From assembly GCA_036679605.1 (NCBI GenBank), contig JAZDCZ010000180.1, positions 96,001-160,000 on the forward strand: a DNA stretch of 64,000 bases. Reading direction: 5' to 3'. The translations under genes and the position numbers were made by a program. Below the pieces are notes generated by a model. The model worked only from the letters and a program-made list of their open reading frames with translations, did not search any database and was not told the DNA's origin. Source of the stretch: Gemmatimonadota bacterium. GTDB lineage: Bacteria; Gemmatimonadota; Gemmatimonadetes; Gemmatimonadales; GWC2-71-9. Below are positions 40,840 through 50,173 of this stretch, piece by piece (the first letter of the stretch is position 1; the number at the start of each line of letters is the position of its first letter).

Positions 40840-41646
40840 GTGAAGGAACGATACCGCCAACTCAGCCACGGCCAAGCTAGTCGCGAGGCCGTCCTCGGTT
40901 TGTTGGTGGCCTCATATTTACTACTCTCTATCATAGCTTACCTCGATTTCCCTCGACACAACTCGAATGAGCCGCTCTCCGAACTGGAACGGACGGGCCT
41001 CAGCATCTGGCGCGAGAACAACTGCCAGGCATGTCACCAAATTTACGGGTTCGGAGGATTTCTTGGCCCGGATCTTACGAATCGCGTTACCGACCAAACT
41101 CCAGATCAACAGCTGAGCCGGATACTAACTTCGGGCTCTCGCAAAATGCCGGCCTTCAATTTTTCACCCGCCGACCAAAGTGCAGTTGCGGCGTTTCTAA
41201 GAGCTGTCAACCGTACCGGGCGCTCCCAACCGCAACCACTCGTAGCACGCCGCCCGATGAGTCCGATCGAACAGTATCGCCTACTGCAGCAGGAGTGGAC
41301 CGCTCAAACAGGAGGGGAGCTAGATCCGGAAACCCAGGCGGGCCAGGAGATCTGGCACGGCAAGGCATGTGCTGTTTGCCATGTACCTCTTGCGGTGGGG
41401 CTGAGCGGGGCACCCGATCTTTCGAGGCGCACGGTAGACCGCTCGAGCGAAGCGTTGCACGGCGTGCTCGATCGCGGACGCGGAAACATGCCGCCATTCG
41501 CCCTAGGCGATGACGAAATCGAAGATCTCAGCGCATACCTAAATTGGTTCTCCGCGCACCGGGCTGAATTTGTGGTCCTCAACAATCGACTGACCGACCG
41601 AGAGGAGTTCTCTTGGACTCGGGTCCCTTGGTTCGAGTACAAATGA
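40840..41646 (+). CDS. Membrane-anchored di-haem cytochrome c, NorC-like
   Basis: One TM helix; IWRENNCQACH...GPDLTN...KMPAF and IWHGKACAVCH...APDLS...NMPPF. Start GTG 40840 after GGAG (ORF extends to 40795). Confidence 0.88.
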   Translation: MKERYRQLSHGQASREAVLGLLVASYLLLSIIAYLDFPRHNSNEPLSELERTGLSIWRENNCQACHQIYGFGGFLGPDLTNRVTDQTPDQQLSRILTSGSRKMPAFNFSPADQSAVAAFLRAVNRTGRSQPQPLVARRPMSPIEQYRLLQQEWTAQTGGELDPETQAGQEIWHGKACAVCHVPLAVGLSGAPDLSRRTVDRSSEALHGVLDRGRGNMPPFALGDDEIEDLSAYLNWFSAHRAEFVVLNNRLTDREEFSWTRVPWFEYK

Positions 41647-42995
41647 GCGAATCTGAGAGTCAGCGCCGGCTCCTCGCTTGGCTCATGATATTGGCTATCG
41701 GCGCCTGCTCCATTGCAATTCTTAGCGGTCTTGCCGCAGCACTCACCTACACCGGATTAGAGCCGGCGTTACGATCGATTGGCTTGACGTTGCAGCACTT
41801 CAGAGCCGTGCACGAGACCTACGCCTTCGCATGGGTCTTCCTCGGGGGCGTTTCGATCGTCTACTACTATCTCTATTCCAGCTATGAACCGCTTCCCCTC
41901 GCGACCCGGCGACGGTTTGTGTGGCAACTGTCGCTCTGGTCGCTGGCTGGTATCGGAATCCTGGTGTCTCTATTGAGTGGACACTTCGCCGGTAGAGAGT
42001 ACCTGCAATTCCATCCACTGTTTTCTGTTGCAATATTGGCCGGCTGGGTACTCTTCGCCTGGAATTACTTCGCTCACCTCAACGGCGGTCTCAAGGGACG
42101 CCCCGTCTACATCTACATGTGGGCTGTTGGCATCGTGTTGTTTGTCATCAGTTTCACTGAAGGACACTTGTACCTTCTGGATTTCTTCAGCGACAGACCG
42201 ACCCGCGATCTCGCGATTCAGTGGAAATCCAACGGAACACTCGTGGGCGCATTCAACCAGATAATATATGGCTCTCTGATGTACGTCTCGGGCAAGCTGC
42301 ACGGAGATGACAGCTACTCACATTCGCGCACGGCGTTTGCACTATTCTGCGTTGGTGCCCTCAACACGTTCACCAACTATGGCCACCACACATTTCACCT
42401 ACCACAAACTCCTGTAATACATTGGGTTAGTTTCCTGGTAAGCATGCTGGAGGTAGTCATTCTCGCCAAAGTGTTCCTCGATCTTCTGGCCATGCGTCGA
42501 CAGCGGGAAGCACCTCCCGAACATCGCACCACCGTTTCGTTTATCCATTCGGCCACCGTATGGACGTTCGCATTGCTGATCGTCGCTCTGTTGATTTCCG
42601 TCCCCCCGCTGAACGCTCTGATCCACGGGACTCATGTGGTGGTTGCCCATTCGATGGGCAGTATGATAGGCATAGACTCGATGATATTGTGGGCCGCAAT
42701 TTCCTACGCTCTGTGGTACGTTGTTCCGCCAAGAACGGGAGTGGACATTGGGCGCGGTGTCAAAACGGCGATCCCGTTCATAAACACGTTCTTGGCTGTG
42801 TTCCTGGCCTCGTACCTCGTGCGCGGAGCTGCAGTCGGCTGGACGCGATACGTCGGAGCATCCTCAAGAGATTTTTCGACCCTCTTGGCAATTTTTCCTG
42901 CGGTGATGGTGCTTGCCGGACTCGGGCTAGTATTGAGCACCATGTGGATTCTAGTCCAATGGCTCTTCGCCTTGGGCTTTCGAGCAGCTAAATAA
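41643..42995 (+). CDS. Haem-copper oxidase superfamily subunit I, NorB-related, non-canonical active site
   Basis: About 12 TM helices; RAVHE, GREYL, GHHTF, SMLE and HGTHVVVAHSM align with NorB landmarks; ATGA overlap with the cytochrome gene. Confidence 0.85.
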   Translation: MSESESQRRLLAWLMILAIGACSIAILSGLAAALTYTGLEPALRSIGLTLQHFRAVHETYAFAWVFLGGVSIVYYYLYSSYEPLPLATRRRFVWQLSLWSLAGIGILVSLLSGHFAGREYLQFHPLFSVAILAGWVLFAWNYFAHLNGGLKGRPVYIYMWAVGIVLFVISFTEGHLYLLDFFSDRPTRDLAIQWKSNGTLVGAFNQIIYGSLMYVSGKLHGDDSYSHSRTAFALFCVGALNTFTNYGHHTFHLPQTPVIHWVSFLVSMLEVVILAKVFLDLLAMRRQREAPPEHRTTVSFIHSATVWTFALLIVALLISVPPLNALIHGTHVVVAHSMGSMIGIDSMILWAAISYALWYVVPPRTGVDIGRGVKTAIPFINTFLAVFLASYLVRGAAVGWTRYVGASSRDFSTLLAIFPAVMVLAGLGLVLSTMWILVQWLFALGFRAAK

Positions 42996-43764
42996 TTCCG
43001 ATGACTTCGGTCCCCACCCATCCTACCTTGCCATCCTCTAGGACTATTTCCAACCAATCTTCAGCCTGCTGCTCGATCCTCACTTTGGTGCCTTCGTGGA
43101 TTGTAAACAACTCCAGCGAGGTATCGTCGCTTGGCGCACTGTGCACAGGCACCGACCGAACCAGGATGATGCCTTCCTCGTGGACCCCGATGCCCAACTC
43201 GGTCACGGCGAGATTGACACCGAAAACCACTACGGTCACCATAGCACCGACAGCACTTCTGGTGGCCCACAACCGAACCCTCGGTCCCTGTGTCAAGATT
43301 CTGACAATGAAAGCCGCCGCTGCCACCAGATAGCTCACCCCGACTATGAGCACGAGCCAAAAGATTGGCAGCAGGTGCACCCACCATTTCAGCACTTGGA
43401 ACGGCCAAAAAGTTGGAAGCGGAGTGATCGCGTCCGTAGCCAGCGACCTGGAGAGCGCCAAGTTTGCCTTCACATCTTGGTTGCGCGGCATCAGTCTCTG
43501 CGCTCGCTCGTAGTTGAGAATCGCACGGCCAAGTTCACCCAGCTTGAAATGGGTGTTGCCGATATTGTAAAAGAGGGCTCCGCTCTCATGACCGGAATCC
43601 AGAATCTTCTGGTAGGTTTCGAGTGCTGCCTCGAAACTGGACTCCTGATATTGTTGGTTGGCCTGCCGGAACAGCGAACGGTTCTGCTCCAGCTGAGCCA
43701 CAGCACTACCGACATGAACTAGGCAGCAAAACCCCGCGACAGCGACCAACACACGGAAACTCAT
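42988..43764 (-). CDS. batE: BatE-like TPR + SH3 membrane protein
   Basis: FYNIGNTHFKLGELGRAILNYERA, two TM helices, LFTIHEGTKV...W..I.L.DG..GWV. Confidence 0.85.
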   Translation of the reverse strand: MSFRVLVAVAGFCCLVHVGSAVAQLEQNRSLFRQANQQYQESSFEAALETYQKILDSGHESGALFYNIGNTHFKLGELGRAILNYERAQRLMPRNQDVKANLALSRSLATDAITPLPTFWPFQVLKWWVHLLPIFWLVLIVGVSYLVAAAAFIVRILTQGPRVRLWATRSAVGAMVTVVVFGVNLAVTELGIGVHEEGIILVRSVPVHSAPSDDTSLELFTIHEGTKVRIEQQAEDWLEIVLEDGKVGWVGTEVIGII

Positions 43765-45593
43765 TTGGCTATCGCCCGGTCTAAATCCGACATGGCATTC
43801 TCTGCGCGACCTAAGAATTCCAGCATCTCGGCCGGAGCCGCAGCGGACGGCGAAAACCGTTTGAGGTCACACAACTCGATGCACTCGAAGTAGGCATCTG
43901 CTACCTGATCAGATACGCCGTTTCGCTGCAATCGATTGCGCACCTCATCTTTCAAGAACCCCGCCTCAGCGATATTGAGCTTGTCTCCGAGAAACCCGAG
44001 CAGTGCCCTGCCCGCCTCTGCGTAGAACTCCTTTTGCGTACCATGATCGGCTAGAGCGCGTGCGGCAGCCATGCGTTTCCTCGCCACTCTACTGGCTCTG
44101 CGATGTCGGGCGTAGGCTACATCGCCTTGCAACCGGTCCAGATGACGGCGACCAGCCATTGCCCCGCCGACGAACATCAACGGCACCGTCAAGACGATCC
44201 AGAACAACGCCCCGTCGAAGAGCGAACGTCCGGCGGGACGCAGTGCCGGCGGACCGGTCTGTATGAACCGGATATCTTCGCGTAGCGGCAAGATTTCTCC
44301 GCGGACCCGTCCAGCAACTCTCGGTGCCGTGACCGCATCACCGGTTACGTCGACAACGATGGGTCTGGTTGCAACCGACTTATACGACCTGGACGATCGA
44401 TCGAAATAGGCGTACGTAATGGGAGGGATCGTGATGCTGCCGGGAGCCCGTGGAATCATCACGAATTCGTAGCTCTTGGTGCCCGTAATGCGACTGCCCT
44501 CACGGTCGATCTTCTCATCTATTCTCGGAGGGTAGGTTTCCACGTCCGGCGGAAAGCCAATCTTCGGCTCCGGCACCATGCGCATGTTCCCGCTCCCGCT
44601 GAGTTCGACCCTCAAGGTGATCGCCTCGTTGGTTTCGGCTTTCCGTTTGTCGATCGATGCCGCAACCGCGAGGCTTCCAACCAAGCCACTGAAATCGACC
44701 GGCTTACCTTCGGCTGGCAAAGGTTCAACCGTTACAGTCAGCGGCTTTGAGGTTATGAGCTTGGTCACTGTCCGATCGAGCAGCGGGCTTCTAAAAAAAT
44801 TGTCAAACGGATCTCGCGAGGTTCTACCGACACGCACTTCGGTCGACAGGGTCATGGCTGAAACCGTCCGCTTCCCCGCACCGGTCGGGAAAAGGGCCGT
44901 TTTCTTGAGCGTAGCTACAGTGTACCGCTTGCCGTTTAGGACCTCGGTGTGAGTCTCCGGCGAGCTGGCGAGCGGGAAATCTTCCGCCCAGAACCCCGTG
45001 GTTGCCGGAGGTCGTGATAGTATATATGACGTAACCGGAACCGTTGTGTAGATCTTGTACTCCACCACCACCGGCTCATTTTGATAGACCTTTTGCTTGT
45101 CGATCGTCGTCTTGAGAAAGAGATCGTCTGCGGAGATCACATCGGCAGCGTCGTTCCGCGCAACTCCACGGTTGCCCCGCCCGGGCCCAGCGGTCGCAGT
45201 CCGGCTAATCTCCAAATCGATGGGTTCTGTCCGGTAGGTTCTCCCCGCGACACCGACCGAAACACGCCCGATCCGGAATGACCCTACGGCGGTGGCCTGG
45301 AAGCGGTACTGCAGTGTCATGGAAACTGAAGTTCGTCCGTTTACAGTCTGCACCTGCTGGGATGAACTGCTGCCCAGATACGCCGAGAAGGCATTCATGT
45401 CGGGCAGCTCCGGATTCGACGATAAACGACTGACCGCTCCTGTGATCTCCACCGACAAGTTGAATTGCTCGTTCAGTCCGACCGGAGAGCGATCGATGAA
45501 CGCCCTGACAGACACGGTTTGAGCGACAGCAGGGCTACCAGGGATAATCGCGAGCAACATAACGATCGCTCCCGCGACACGCCGGATCATCAC
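43761..45593 (-). CDS. batD: BatD-family protein
   Basis: Signal peptide, SSSQQVQTVNG, VYQNEPVVVEY, GFWAEDF, FSGLVG, SGSGN, C-terminal TM helix. Confidence 0.88.
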   Translation of the reverse strand: MMIRRVAGAIVMLLAIIPGSPAVAQTVSVRAFIDRSPVGLNEQFNLSVEITGAVSRLSSNPELPDMNAFSAYLGSSSSQQVQTVNGRTSVSMTLQYRFQATAVGSFRIGRVSVGVAGRTYRTEPIDLEISRTATAGPGRGNRGVARNDAADVISADDLFLKTTIDKQKVYQNEPVVVEYKIYTTVPVTSYILSRPPATTGFWAEDFPLASSPETHTEVLNGKRYTVATLKKTALFPTGAGKRTVSAMTLSTEVRVGRTSRDPFDNFFRSPLLDRTVTKLITSKPLTVTVEPLPAEGKPVDFSGLVGSLAVAASIDKRKAETNEAITLRVELSGSGNMRMVPEPKIGFPPDVETYPPRIDEKIDREGSRITGTKSYEFVMIPRAPGSITIPPITYAYFDRSSRSYKSVATRPIVVDVTGDAVTAPRVAGRVRGEILPLREDIRFIQTGPPALRPAGRSLFDGALFWIVLTVPLMFVGGAMAGRRHLDRLQGDVAYARHRRASRVARKRMAAARALADHGTQKEFYAEAGRALLGFLGDKLNIAEAGFLKDEVRNRLQRNGVSDQVADAYFECIELCDLKRFSPSAAAPAEMLEFLGRAENAMSDLDRAIAK

Positions 45594-46327
45594 CAGTCCT
45601 TCTTCACCTTCGGCCGACCCTGCGCCTTGACTCGTCGTTTTATTTTGTTGGGGTCTTCCTTGATTGCTTGCAGCAATCTCTCCGCTTGCTCGCGGGTCAT
45701 CTGATTTGGTTTCTGCCGGCGGTCTTGCTGCTGGTTCTGTCGATCGTCCTTATTATCGTTTGGTTTCTCTTGTGGCTTGTTCTGCTGTTGCCGGTCGTCA
45801 TCATCTTTCGGTTTCTGCTGCTCTTTGTTGTCCTGATTGTGATCCTTGTTCTGTTTCTTGTCCTGGTTCTTGTCTTGCTGCTGTTGTTTCTGCTCCTCAC
45901 GCTTCCGCAACGCGAGTTCCAAGTTGTGCTTGGCGTCGTAGTCGTGTGGATCGATCCTCAGGGACTGCTTGTACGCCTCGATACTCTCGTCGAGTTTCTC
46001 GTTCCTATAGTGCACGTTGCCGACGTTATACCAAGCTTGCGACTGCAGGTCGCCATCCTCCGACTTGAGTGCCTCCTGGTAGGCAGCCATGGCTTGGTCG
46101 AATTCGTCGGTCTTGTATAGAGTGTTCGCCTCATCAAACCGAATCAGTGGTGAGTTCGGCACTTCTTTGAGTGCTTCGATATATTTGCCGCGCGCCTCAA
46201 CATATTTTTCCTCGGTGAAGAGTTTATTTCCCTCCTTCACCTTGACTCGGCCCGCCTGTGCGATCAGACCCGAAGGCAACAACACGCAAACAGCTCCATA
46301 GGTCAGGCCACGCAGCAACATTCTCAT
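45590..46327 (-). CDS. batC: BatC-like TPR protein with Q/K/D-rich tail
   Basis: AWYNVGNVHY, YKQSLRIDPHDYDAKHNLELA, low-complexity linker, EQAERLL, terminal KDW. ATGA overlap start. Confidence 0.85.
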   Translation of the reverse strand: MRMLLRGLTYGAVCVLLPSGLIAQAGRVKVKEGNKLFTEEKYVEARGKYIEALKEVPNSPLIRFDEANTLYKTDEFDQAMAAYQEALKSEDGDLQSQAWYNVGNVHYRNEKLDESIEAYKQSLRIDPHDYDAKHNLELALRKREEQKQQQQDKNQDKKQNKDHNQDNKEQQKPKDDDDRQQQNKPQEKPNDNKDDRQNQQQDRRQKPNQMTREQAERLLQAIKEDPNKIKRRVKAQGRPKVKKDW

Positions 46328-47355
46328 TGGAACCTCCCCTTCCATGCTCCCTCCGTACGGCGGCGCTCTGGGACCAAGAACTCCGCGGTCAGCAAGATCA
46401 GAGCAAGTCCAACAAAAACCTGGTATTGTTCATTGAACCGGGTAAACCGGCGCGAGCTGAGTTCGGTTTTGTCCATTTCGGCGATCTCGTCGGTCATCTC
46501 GTCCAATTCGCTCTCGCCCGAGGTAGCCCTGTAGTACCTGCCGCCGGTTCTGCTCGCGATATCTTGCAGGACAGACTCGTCGAGACGGGACAGAATCACT
46601 TCCCCGTTTTCGTCCTTCTTGAACCCCCGGCGCACACCAAGCGAATCAACATCGGGTATGGGCACACCCTCGGACGATCCAATTCCCACCGTATAGATGA
46701 TCACTCCCTCGTCGACCGCGCGTTCCAACGGCCTGCCCACATCGCCGGAGTGATCCTCACCGTCGGTTATGACTATCATGACTTGGTGCTGGCGCTCGTC
46801 ACCCACAAACGCTTCCAGCGATGCCTCCAGCGCGGCCCCCAAATCAGTGCCTTGCACCGGGATCAGGTTTGGCTCCATCGAGTTCAAGAACATCTTCGCA
46901 GCACTGTAGTCCAGTGTGAGCGGGCTCTGTACGAACGCCTCGCCGGCGAACGCGACGAGTCCAATTCGATCTCCATCCAGCCGATCGATCATCGAACTCA
47001 CGGCATGCTTTGCCTTTTCCAGTCGGTTTGGTGCAACATCCTCGGCCAGCATCGACTTAGATACATCCAGAGCGACAATGATATCCTGGCCTTCTCCGCT
47101 GACGGTCTCCACCCGCGTACCAAACTGAGGACGAGCTAGACCGGTAACCAGAAAAAACACGGCGGCTACGACCAGCACGGCTTTCCAATACCGACCTCTA
47201 TCGCTGACGGATCTGCTCAGTTTCACCATCAATGCCGGAGTGCCAAACCGCTCCAACGCCTTTCTCCTAAGCAGGAAGGCATACCACAGAAAGACCGCAA
47301 GTAGCGGCACCAGGGCGTAGGCAAAAAGAACGTTACTCGATCCGAATCGAAACAT
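46324..47355 (-). CDS. batB: BatB VWA domain protein
   Basis: LARPQFG, MIDAS DVSKSM, TDGEDH. Confidence 0.88.
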   Translation of the reverse strand: MFRFGSSNVLFAYALVPLLAVFLWYAFLLRRKALERFGTPALMVKLSRSVSDRGRYWKAVLVVAAVFFLVTGLARPQFGTRVETVSGEGQDIIVALDVSKSMLAEDVAPNRLEKAKHAVSSMIDRLDGDRIGLVAFAGEAFVQSPLTLDYSAAKMFLNSMEPNLIPVQGTDLGAALEASLEAFVGDERQHQVMIVITDGEDHSGDVGRPLERAVDEGVIIYTVGIGSSEGVPIPDVDSLGVRRGFKKDENGEVILSRLDESVLQDIASRTGGRYYRATSGESELDEMTDEIAEMDKTELSSRRFTRFNEQYQVFVGLALILLTAEFLVPERRRTEGAWKGRFQ

Positions 47356-47358
47356 GGC

Positions 47359-48348
47359 TTACGGAATCTTGCGCAGCTTAGTGTTGCCGAGCGCTATTTC
47401 TGAGAGTACCAACAGGAGTCCTAATCCCAAGGGAAGCGGGAATAATTCACTGTATTGAGTGTAATTCCGCACCTTGAGTTCCGTCGTCTCGAGACTATCG
47501 ATTGCCTCATAGATTCTTTCGAGACTCTCGCTGTCTGTTGCGCGGAAATATTGCCCCCCGGTCAACTCGGCGACCTCCTTGAGAGGTCCCTCGTCGATAT
47601 CCACGCGCATCCTCACGTAGCGCCTCCCCGTCACCGGATCCGCCACAGGGAACGGAGCCTCTCCTCTGGTTCCCGCACCGATCGTGTAAACCTTGATGCC
47701 CAACGCCTGCGCCATTTGTGCTGCAGTCACCGGGTCTATTTCACCTCGGTTGTTTCGCCCGTCCGTTACGAGGATGACCACCTTGGACTTCGCCTCGCTG
47801 TCACTCAATCGCTTGACCGCGGTAGCTAGTCCCATCCCGATCGCGGTGCCGTCTTCCACCATCCCCACTTGGAGATCGGCCATGACATTGAAGATGACGT
47901 TGTAGTCGAGCGTGAGTGGAGCTTGAGTAAAGGCCTCCCCGCCGAAAATCACAAGACCAATTCGGTCATTGCGCCGGCCTTCCACAAAGCTTGCTCCCAC
48001 GTGCTTGGCCGCACCCAAACGGTTGGGCTGCAGGTCTTCGGCCAGCATGGAACTGGAAACGTCCATGACCAAAACGATGTCAATCCCTTCAGTCAGAATA
48101 TCCTGGCCCGAGACGCCGGACTGGGGCCTGGCAAACGCAACAATGAGCGCGGCAATGGCCAACGATCGCAAGGCAAACAATGCGTGTCTATAACGCGCTG
48201 CTCCACCGCGACCGGCACGCTTCACCAACTCCACATTGGAGTAGCGCACTGCCGCTCCCCTGCGAGAGGTCCTCTTCCAGTACCAGATACCCATGACCGG
48301 CACGATCAGCGCCAGCAGGAGATAGTACGGGTCGGCAAATCTATACAC
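47359..48348 (-). CDS. batA: BatA VWA domain protein
   Basis: ARPQ, DVSSSM, GTAIGMGL, TDGRNNRG, KVYTIGAG. Confidence 0.9.
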   Translation of the reverse strand: MYRFADPYYLLLALIVPVMGIWYWKRTSRRGAAVRYSNVELVKRAGRGGAARYRHALFALRSLAIAALIVAFARPQSGVSGQDILTEGIDIVLVMDVSSSMLAEDLQPNRLGAAKHVGASFVEGRRNDRIGLVIFGGEAFTQAPLTLDYNVIFNVMADLQVGMVEDGTAIGMGLATAVKRLSDSEAKSKVVILVTDGRNNRGEIDPVTAAQMAQALGIKVYTIGAGTRGEAPFPVADPVTGRRYVRMRVDIDEGPLKEVAELTGGQYFRATDSESLERIYEAIDSLETTELKVRNYTQYSELFPLPLGLGLLLVLSEIALGNTKLRKIP

Positions 48349-49285
48349 GGCCGCCGGCTCCTACCATCTCAGGCTCTTTCTCCTCCGCTTCCGTCTTCCC
48401 CACTTCCATTGTCTCGCCTACAAACTTGCGAGCGGTCGGGATGAGTGCCTTGCACGAATCTACCCCAGGACGATGCTTCGCAAACTTGACCAAGTCGGCT
48501 GTGCGAAGAAAATCCTCCAGAGATTCCACTTCGCGCCGGCTCAGTCGCAGCGATTCGAGTTCTCGCAAAATGTCACGCGAGGTCATTTCCATTGCCACTA
48601 TTCCGAAGCGACCGTCCAAGTACACGCGCACGATTTCGGATGCCTCGGTGAAGTATCTCTTGATGTCACCGCGATCGAGCAATCTCGAGGACTCGAGCGC
48701 ATCCAACGCGGCATAGGCGATTTCGTGAGGTAGCAAGTGCGGTTTCACAGATGCCTCGGCATCACCGTGCCTCATGCGTCGGACGAGCCAGAACAGCAGC
48801 GCCGCCAGAGCCAATGCACCCAGAATCCACGGCGCCAGTAACCACCAATCACGGGAAATCCCCACGGGTGGCTTTATGTCCTTGATGTCCGCGGAATCGG
48901 CAACACCTACACTGTACACGATCACCTTTATGGGATCGGTCTCGACGACATTTGTCTCCCGCGAGTCAGCCGCCGTGATCGCGAGTTCCATAGATGGGAT
49001 CTCCAACTCGCCTAACTCGAAGACCGTAAGTTCATACTGCGCCCGGGACCGCACACGCCCCTCGACGACCACCGGCTCGAGTGGCCGAAAACTCACAACC
49101 TCGAACGATCCCAATTTGTCGGGCACGTTTGGCCACTCGAATGATTCGCTCGTAGCGTGTTCGACCGCGATGGTGAGCACTACCCTGTCTCCAACCGTGA
49201 TGCTGTCGGGCGCTGCCGCTGCGCTTACGACCATGTCGGAAGCCTGCAAGGCGCCGACTAGAGACAGCAGAACAAAGAAAGTCAC
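48341..49285 (-). CDS. Bat-operon membrane protein (BatD/DUF4381-like)
   Basis: Secreted N-domain, IKDIKPP before one TM helix, EMTS..., ADLVKFAK; usual position between DUF58 and batA. Confidence 0.75.
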   Translation of the reverse strand: MTFFVLLSLVGALQASDMVVSAAAAPDSITVGDRVVLTIAVEHATSESFEWPNVPDKLGSFEVVSFRPLEPVVVEGRVRSRAQYELTVFELGELEIPSMELAITAADSRETNVVETDPIKVIVYSVGVADSADIKDIKPPVGISRDWWLLAPWILGALALAALLFWLVRRMRHGDAEASVKPHLLPHEIAYAALDALESSRLLDRGDIKRYFTEASEIVRVYLDGRFGIVAMEMTSRDILRELESLRLSRREVESLEDFLRTADLVKFAKHRPGVDSCKALIPTARKFVGETMEVGKTEAEEKEPEMVGAGGRV

Positions 49286-50160
49286 CTAACTCTCCGAGAT
49301 CGGTTCGCAAAGAACCGCACCAACGGCTCGAAGTACGACTGATCGGTACGAACTTCGACGAAGTCCACGTTCATCTTGCGAAACATCTTGCGCCGGTCTT
49401 CTTCGAGTTGACTGATCTCGGACGCGAAGGCATCTCCGAACCACGACGCCGAGGTGTCCGCCAACAGGCGCTCACCAGTCTCGGCGTCCTCCAGCTCTAT
49501 GATACCCACCGGGGGGATCTCACATTCGCGGCGATCGAATATGTGGATCGCAACCAAATCGTGACGGCGCCCAGCAACGCTCAACGGACGACGATAGTCA
49601 TGGGCCATGAAATCGGATACGACGAACACAACTGCACGCCGCCGCACTACGCGGGACAGGTACTCGAGCGCCATCCCCACGTCCGTGCCACGTCCTTCGG
49701 GTTCGAAGTAGAGCAGTTCACGGAGCACCCGTAGAACATGGCTCCTGCCTTTTCGTGGCGGCACGAACTTCTCGATGCGGTCGCTGAATATGATGAGTCC
49801 CACTTTATCGTTGTTCTTGATCGCCGAGAACGCTAGTAATGCGCAGATCTCCACGGCGATCTCGCCCTTCATGCGCTCGACAGAGCCGAAATCTCCGGAC
49901 GCGCTCACGTCCACCACCAGCATTACCGTGAGTTCGCGCTCCTCCTCATAGATCTTGATGTACGGGGATCCGACACGGGCGGTGACATTCCAATCGATGG
50001 TGCGGATGTCGTCGCCGAACTGGTATTCCCGAACCTCGGCAAAATCCATCCCGCGGCCCTTGAACACCGAGTGGTACTGGCCGGAGAAAACATCGTTCAC
50101 CAAGCCTCGGGTGGAGATCTCGACGCGCCTGACCTTCCTGAGGATCTCCTTGGGAATCAT
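49282..50160 (-). CDS. DUF58 domain protein
   Basis: GQYHSVFKGRGMDFAEVREYQFGDDIRTIDWNVTAR, DVSAS. Start ATG 50160. Confidence 0.92.
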   Translation of the reverse strand: MIPKEILRKVRRVEISTRGLVNDVFSGQYHSVFKGRGMDFAEVREYQFGDDIRTIDWNVTARVGSPYIKIYEEERELTVMLVVDVSASGDFGSVERMKGEIAVEICALLAFSAIKNNDKVGLIIFSDRIEKFVPPRKGRSHVLRVLRELLYFEPEGRGTDVGMALEYLSRVVRRRAVVFVVSDFMAHDYRRPLSVAGRRHDLVAIHIFDRRECEIPPVGIIELEDAETGERLLADTSASWFGDAFASEISQLEEDRRKMFRKMNVDFVEVRTDQSYFEPLVRFFANRSRRVR

Positions 50161-50173
50161 ACCGGCCGCACCT

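Noticed and set aside
45690..45900. Low-complexity Q/K/D/N-coding repeats
   Set aside because: Ordinary BatC linker, not a CRISPR array or regulatory repeat.
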